64,000 nucleotides of DNA from NCBI GenBank assembly GCA_963790305.1, contig CAWBOC010000009.1, forward strand, positions 384,001 through 448,000, given 5' to 3'. Below are positions 59,091 through 64,000 of this stretch, in pieces. This stretch comes from an uncultured Gemmatimonadaceae bacterium (GTDB lineage: Bacteria > Gemmatimonadota > Gemmatimonadetes > Gemmatimonadales > Gemmatimonadaceae). The position numbers and the translations under genes are program-made. The notes beneath the pieces are model-generated. The model did no database searches and was not told the origin of the DNA. It saw only the letters and a list, made by a program, of their open reading frames with translations. How positions within the stretch are numbered: position 1 is the first letter of the stretch; the number at the start of each line of letters is the position of its first letter.

Positions 59091-59759
59091 TTACCCGGCG
59101 ACCTTGTCCAGCGCGCGCGTCATGCGCACCCATTCGAGCTTGCCGATCTGCGCGAGTGCTCGAGCGCTCGGCGGATCGTCGAGCTCGAGGACCATGAACG
59201 CGTCGCCGCCGCGCTCCTTTCGGGTCACGCGCATCGTGGCGAGGTTGACGCCTTCATCGGCGAGGATGCCGCAGATGCGCGCGATGGATCCGGGCTGATC
59301 GCGGGCGACCAGCACGATCGTCCACAGCGCCCCGGTCACCTCCACCGGAAAGCCGTCGATGCGTGTAAGCCGCACGCGGCCGGCGCCGAGGGATTCTCCG
59401 ACGACCTCGACGACGGCGCCATCGCGCTCCACCGTTAGGCGCACGGTGTTGGGGTGCGCGTCCTCCGCGATCGTCGTCTTCTCCACGCGATAGGCGAGAC
59501 CTTCGCGCTCGGCGATGTCGAGCGCCTCGCGCAGTCGCTCGTCGTCAGGCCGGAAGCCAAGCAGGCCGCCGACGAGCGCCTTGTCGGTGCCGTGCCCCTC
59601 GCCGGTCCGCGCGAACGATCCATGGAGCTCGAGCTTCGCGCGCTGCGGCGTTCCACCAACGAGTGACCGGGCCAGCAGCCCAATGCGGCACGCCCCCGCC
59701 GTGTGCGAGGAGGACGGCCCCACCATGACCGGGCCAATGATGTCGAGGAGCGAGACCAT
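59091..59759 (-). CDS. sdaAB: L-serine dehydratase beta subunit
   Basis: GPVMVGPSSSHTAGA, GHGTD, C-terminal ACT domain. Confidence 0.93.
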   Translation of the reverse strand: MVSLLDIIGPVMVGPSSSHTAGACRIGLLARSLVGGTPQRAKLELHGSFARTGEGHGTDKALVGGLLGFRPDDERLREALDIAEREGLAYRVEKTTIAEDAHPNTVRLTVERDGAVVEVVGESLGAGRVRLTRIDGFPVEVTGALWTIVLVARDQPGSIARICGILADEGVNLATMRVTRKERGGDAFMVLELDDPPSARALAQIGKLEWVRMTRALDKVAG

Positions 59760-59774
59760 GGCGCGACCGTCGCG

Positions 59775-62684
59775 CTAGGCGGCGGGGGTGCGCGCGTCGC
59801 GCAAACGCTGCCCGCGCGCGCGCGAGCGCTGTCCCACGACCGGCTTCAGATATCGACCCGTATGCGAGGCCTCGACGTCCGCCACATCCTCGGGCGAGCC
59901 GGCCGCGACGACGGTTCCGCCACGCGTTCCGCCCTCGGGGCCAAGATCGATCACCCAGTCCGCGGTCTTGATGACGTCGAGATTATGCTCGATCACGAGA
60001 ACGGTGTTGCCCTTGTCCACGAGGCGATGCAGGACCTGCAGCAAGAGCCGCACGTCCTCGAAGTGCAGACCGGTCGTCGGCTCATCCAGAATGTAAAGCG
60101 TGCGTCCCGTGTCGCGCTTCGAAAGCTCGGACGCGAGCTTCACCCGCTGGGCTTCGCCGCCGGACAGTGTCGTCGCGCTCTGGCCAAGGTGGATGTAGCC
60201 GAGGCCGACATCGACCAGCGTTTCCAGCTTCTGTCGAATGCGCGGCTGGTTCTCGAAAAACTCGAGCGCGTCCTCGACCGTCATCTCGAGCACATCGGAG
60301 ATGCTCTTTCCGCGGAAGCGTACCTCGAGCGTCTCCCGGTTGTACCGTTTGCCTTTGCACACCTCGCATGGCACGTACACGTCGGGGAGGAAGTGCATCT
60401 CGATCTTCACCAGGCCGTCGCCCTGACAGGCTTCGCACCGGCCGCCCTTCACGTTGAACGAGAAACGGCCGGGCCCGTATCCGCGAATCTTCGCTTCCGG
60501 CAGCTCGGCGAACAGCTCGCGAATGGGCGTGAAGAGCCCGGTGTAGGTCGCCGGATTCGAGCGCGGCGTCCGACCGATCGGGCTTTGGTCAATGTCGATG
60601 ACCTTGTCGATGTGCTCGAGTCCGCTGATGCGGCGATGCGCTCCCGGAATCACGCGTGCCCGATAAAAGTGCCGTGCGAGCGCGCGATGCAGAATGTCCT
60701 CGATGAGCGTCGATTTGCCGGATCCGGAAACGCCGGTGACGGCGACGAAAAGCCCGAGGGGGATGTCGACATCGAGGTTCTGAAGATTGTGCGCCGTTGC
60801 GCCCTCGATGCGGATGGACTGTCGCGGGCGCGGCGACCGCCGCTGCTCCGGAACGGCGATCTGCATCTCTCCGGTCAAATAGCGCGCGGTGATGGACTCG
60901 GTATGCGCCTCGACTTCGGCGACCGTCCCCGCGGCCACCACGCGACCACCATGTCGACCCGCTCCCGGACCGAGATCGATGAGATAGTCGGCCTCGCGCA
61001 TCGTCTCCTCGTCGTGCTCGACGACGATGACCGTGTTCCCGAGGTCCCGCAGCTGTTTGAGCGTCGCGAGGAGACGGGCGTTGTCCCGCTGATGCAACCC
61101 GATCGATGGCTCGTCGAGGATGTACAGTACGCCAACCAGTCGCGAGCCGATCTGCGTCGCGAGACGAATGCGCTGCGCCTCGCCACCGGACAGTGACTCC
61201 GCCGACCGGCTCAGGGTGAGGTAGTCCAAGCCAACGTCGACGAGAAAGCGAAGCCGCTCGCGAACCTCTTTAAGGATGGGGCCCGCGATATCGGGATCGA
61301 GACCGTTGCGACCCGGAGCGCGCAGCGGGACCGACTCGAAGAATTCGAGCGTCTCGGTAACGGGAAGCTCGGTCACCTCGCCGATGTTGCGTCCGGCGAT
61401 GGTCACGGCCAGGGACTCTCGTTTGAGACGTCGTCCCTGACAGTGGGTGCATGGCGCTTCGACCATGTACTCCTCGAGCTCCTCCCGCACCGAGTCGGAC
61501 GTCGTCTCCTCGTACCGGCGCTGGACGTTGGTGAGCACTCCCTCCCAGGCGGTGCTGTACTCTCCACGGAAGCTCGGCGACTCGTAGCGAATCGTCGACT
61601 GTCGCCCACTCGCGCCGTAGAGGATCATCTCGCGAACGCGCTGCGGAAGCTTGCCCCAGGGCGCGTTGAGCTCGAAGTCGAACTGTTTCGCCAACGCGGG
61701 GAGAATGCCCTTGCGGAGGTGACCGCTTGGCTCGCCCCACGGCAGAATGACGCCCTCGAGAATGGAGATACTTGGATCGCCGAGGATGAGCTGCTCGCTC
61801 ACCTCTCGGCGCGTGCCCAGTCCTCCGCAAGGAGTGCACGCTCCGTACGGCGAGTTGAACGAGAACTGCCGCGGCTCGAGCTCAGGCAGCGAGATGCCGC
61901 AGGTCGGGCATCCGTAGCGTTCGGAGAACAGGGAGGAGCGAGGAACGAGATCCGACGCATCCGTGACGTGGGCGATGACCTCGATCAGCCCATTGGCCAG
62001 CTTCAGGGCGGTTTCGATGGAGTCCGTGAGGCGGCCGCGGTCCTCGGGTCGCACGACGAGGCGATCGACGACGACCGAGATCGAGTGGTTCTGGCGACGA
62101 TTGAGCTTCGGCGGATTTGCAAGCTCCACCGTCGCGCCATTGACGATCGCGCGGATGAAGCCCTGCTTCCGCACCATCTCGAACAGATCGCGGAACTCAC
62201 CTTTGCGGCCGCGCACGAGCGGCGCCAGGACCTCGACGCGGGTGCCTTCCGGCCACGCCAGGATGCTTTGGGCGATCTGGACCGCGCTCTGCCGCTGGAC
62301 GGGACGCCCGCACTGCGGACAGTGCGGAGTTCCGGCGCGCGCGTAGAGCAGGCGGAGGTAGTCGTAGATCTCGGTGACGGTTCCAACGGTCGAGCGTGGG
62401 TTGTGACCCGCCGTCTTCTGCTCAATGGAGATCGCCGGCGACAGCCCTTCGATGGCGTCGACGTCCGGCTTTTCCATGAGGCCGAGGAACTGGCGTGCGT
62501 AGGCGGACAGCGACTCGACGTACCGGCGCTGTCCTTCGGCGTAGATGGTATCGAAAGCGAGCGAGGACTTGCCCGAGCCGGACAGGCCCGTGATGACGGT
62601 CAGGCGATCGCGCGGGATCGTGACGTCGACGTTCTGGAGGTTGTGCTCGCGGGCACCCCGAACGATGAGTGCTTCTTCGGCCAT
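59775..62684 (-). CDS. uvrA: Excinuclease ABC subunit A
   Basis: GAREHNL, two GSGKS and LSGGE cassettes, zinc fingers. Confidence 0.97.
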   Translation of the reverse strand: MAEEALIVRGAREHNLQNVDVTIPRDRLTVITGLSGSGKSSLAFDTIYAEGQRRYVESLSAYARQFLGLMEKPDVDAIEGLSPAISIEQKTAGHNPRSTVGTVTEIYDYLRLLYARAGTPHCPQCGRPVQRQSAVQIAQSILAWPEGTRVEVLAPLVRGRKGEFRDLFEMVRKQGFIRAIVNGATVELANPPKLNRRQNHSISVVVDRLVVRPEDRGRLTDSIETALKLANGLIEVIAHVTDASDLVPRSSLFSERYGCPTCGISLPELEPRQFSFNSPYGACTPCGGLGTRREVSEQLILGDPSISILEGVILPWGEPSGHLRKGILPALAKQFDFELNAPWGKLPQRVREMILYGASGRQSTIRYESPSFRGEYSTAWEGVLTNVQRRYEETTSDSVREELEEYMVEAPCTHCQGRRLKRESLAVTIAGRNIGEVTELPVTETLEFFESVPLRAPGRNGLDPDIAGPILKEVRERLRFLVDVGLDYLTLSRSAESLSGGEAQRIRLATQIGSRLVGVLYILDEPSIGLHQRDNARLLATLKQLRDLGNTVIVVEHDEETMREADYLIDLGPGAGRHGGRVVAAGTVAEVEAHTESITARYLTGEMQIAVPEQRRSPRPRQSIRIEGATAHNLQNLDVDIPLGLFVAVTGVSGSGKSTLIEDILHRALARHFYRARVIPGAHRRISGLEHIDKVIDIDQSPIGRTPRSNPATYTGLFTPIRELFAELPEAKIRGYGPGRFSFNVKGGRCEACQGDGLVKIEMHFLPDVYVPCEVCKGKRYNRETLEVRFRGKSISDVLEMTVEDALEFFENQPRIRQKLETLVDVGLGYIHLGQSATTLSGGEAQRVKLASELSKRDTGRTLYILDEPTTGLHFEDVRLLLQVLHRLVDKGNTVLVIEHNLDVIKTADWVIDLGPEGGTRGGTVVAAGSPEDVADVEASHTGRYLKPVVGQRSRARGQRLRDARTPAA

Positions 62685-62727
62685 AGCCGGTGAAAGGTCA
62701 CAGGCGGGCGGGCGGGATTCAAGAGTC

Positions 62728-62865
62728 GAGGCGCTAGGAGCGCTAAGGGCGCTAAGGGCGCTAAGGGCGCTTGAACGGCTGGGCCATTGAGAGCTTCGAC
62801 ATGCGCGCGCATCTTGATGGCGAAATTCCAGCGCCCTTAGCGCCCTTAGCGCCCTCGAGCGCCTC
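62728..62865. repeat. (GCGCTAAGG)n nonamer hairpin between divergent uvrA and cutA
   Basis: gcgctaagg x3 ... gcgcccttagcgcccttagcgccc. Confidence 0.85.
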
Positions 62866-62870
62866 TCGCC

Positions 62871-63203
62871 ATGCCCCCCAACGCCATCGTCGTCCTCACC
62901 ACCGTCGCCTCGGCCGATGAGGCGGTGGCCCTTATTCGCGCGCTCCTCGACCGCCGGCTGATCGCATGCGGCAACATCCTCCCAGGGGTGCGGTCGCTCT
63001 ATCGCTGGGAAGGCAAGGTTGCCGATGAGCGGGAGGTAATCGTCCTGCTCAAGACGAGGCCGTCGCGCGTCGAAGCCCTCGAAATGGCGTTCGGGGAGCT
63101 GCACCCGTACAAGGTGCCGGAGCTGTTGGCACTTCCGGTATCGGCCGGGTTACACAAGTACCTGGAGTGGATCGACGACGAGACCTCGCTCGCATTGAGC
63201 TGA
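62871..63203 (+). CDS. cutA: Divalent cation tolerance protein CutA
   Basis: LIACGN, SLYRWEG, HPYKVPE, YLEW. Confidence 0.92.
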   Translation: MPPNAIVVLTTVASADEAVALIRALLDRRLIACGNILPGVRSLYRWEGKVADEREVIVLLKTRPSRVEALEMAFGELHPYKVPELLALPVSAGLHKYLEWIDDETSLALS

Positions 63204-63282
63204 GAGCGCCGCCGGGTCCGCTCCATCGAGCGTGGAGCGGATTCGCAATGTCGATCGTGTCGTCACACCGTGAGCTCGCCAG

Positions 63283-64000
63283 GTGATCCGTCGCGGAAGT
63301 GTGGCGGCGGTGATCCTCATCGCCTGGCTGGCCGGCCTCGCGGTCCTGGTCCGTCGCGAGCTCTTTCGCACGGAGACCGACCGCATGCGCGACGCTGGCG
63401 CCCGCGTCGACCCGGGCACGGCGTACTATCGCGTGATGCAGGCGGGGACGCAGATCGGCTTCGCGTCCTCTCGCATCGATACGACGGCGACCGAGATCAC
63501 GATGAGCGATCAGCTGCTCTTCGATGTCGAGGCCGGGCGTCGCACGCATCGCGGCTCAGCGCGCCTCTCGTCACGGCTGACCCGCGCGCTGGAGCTTCGG
63601 TCGTTCTTGCTCGAGCTCAGTCCCGAAATCGGCCCCCTGCGGGCGAGCGGAGAAGTGAGCGGCGACAGTCTGCTGACGCTCTCGATTCGCATGGGCGATG
63701 AGCCGGCGGAGGTCCGCCGCATCCCGCTCACCAAGCCGCTGCTGCTGCCGACGCTGGTGCCCATGACCTTTGCGCTGATGGAGCGGCCGGCGTTAGGCGC
63801 GAGGCGCACGTTCTCGGTGTTCGACCCGTTGTCGATGGCACCGGGCGAAGTCACCGTCGCCGTGCGGGCCGAGTCGCTGTTCGTCGTGAACGACAGCGCA
63901 ACGTTCGACTGGGACCGCAAACGGTGGATGCCCGCGCGCAGCGACACCATCCGCGCCTGGCTGGTCGAGCAGGAAGGCGGGGTGATCTCCGGGTGGGTGG
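63283..64000 (+). CDS. Membrane-anchored hypothetical protein, runs off the right edge (possibly transglutaminase-like)
   Basis: Open frame GTG-IRRGSVAAVILIAWLAGLAVLVRRE.. with N-terminal TM; no catalytic domain visible in the window. Confidence 0.55.
   Translation, partial: MIRRGSVAAVILIAWLAGLAVLVRRELFRTETDRMRDAGARVDPGTAYYRVMQAGTQIGFASSRIDTTATEITMSDQLLFDVEAGRRTHRGSARLSSRLTRALELRSFLLELSPEIGPLRASGEVSGDSLLTLSIRMGDEPAEVRRIPLTKPLLLPTLVPMTFALMERPALGARRTFSVFDPLSMAPGEVTVAVRAESLFVVNDSATFDWDRKRWMPARSDTIRAWLVEQEGGVISGWV

Noticed and set aside
62685..63104. 140-aa N-terminal extension of UvrA in the ORF track
   Set aside because: It overlaps cutA on the opposite strand and reads through the nonamer repeat (SALSALSA); the likely start is [10 protein letters not shown] at 62684.

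Overview
High-GC bacterial DNA. Gene content and protein style suggest Gemmatimonadota (inference). Most of the window is the core translation/transcription super-cluster on the minus strand: tRNA Thr-Tyr-Gly-Thr, tuf, rpmG, secE, nusG, rplKAJL, rpoBC, rpsLG, fusA, tuf, the S10 and spc operons, secY, adk, map and infA. Housekeeping genes flank it (trpS, ftcD, cysS, sdaAB/AA, uvrA, pspA), and a gas-vesicle/ArsA-like locus runs off the left edge. The standout is a ~7.2-kb lasso-peptide (RiPP) cluster between rpsG and fusA, which splits the str operon. It encodes RRE (B1), leader peptidase (B2), cyclase (C), two precursors, an HPr-kinase-like kinase, an ABC exporter and a nucleotidyltransferase. 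The two predicted cores are unusually long (40 and 37 aa), each has two Cys, and both end in Ser. Other signals: about 14 intergenic hairpins built from 7-9-nt tandem repeats, a recurrent GTTAGGC/GCCTAAC heptamer inside core genes, and a long structured fusA leader. Five single-base frameshifts (arsA-like, peptidase, rplO, lasso cyclase, rpoC) are most likely sequencing errors.
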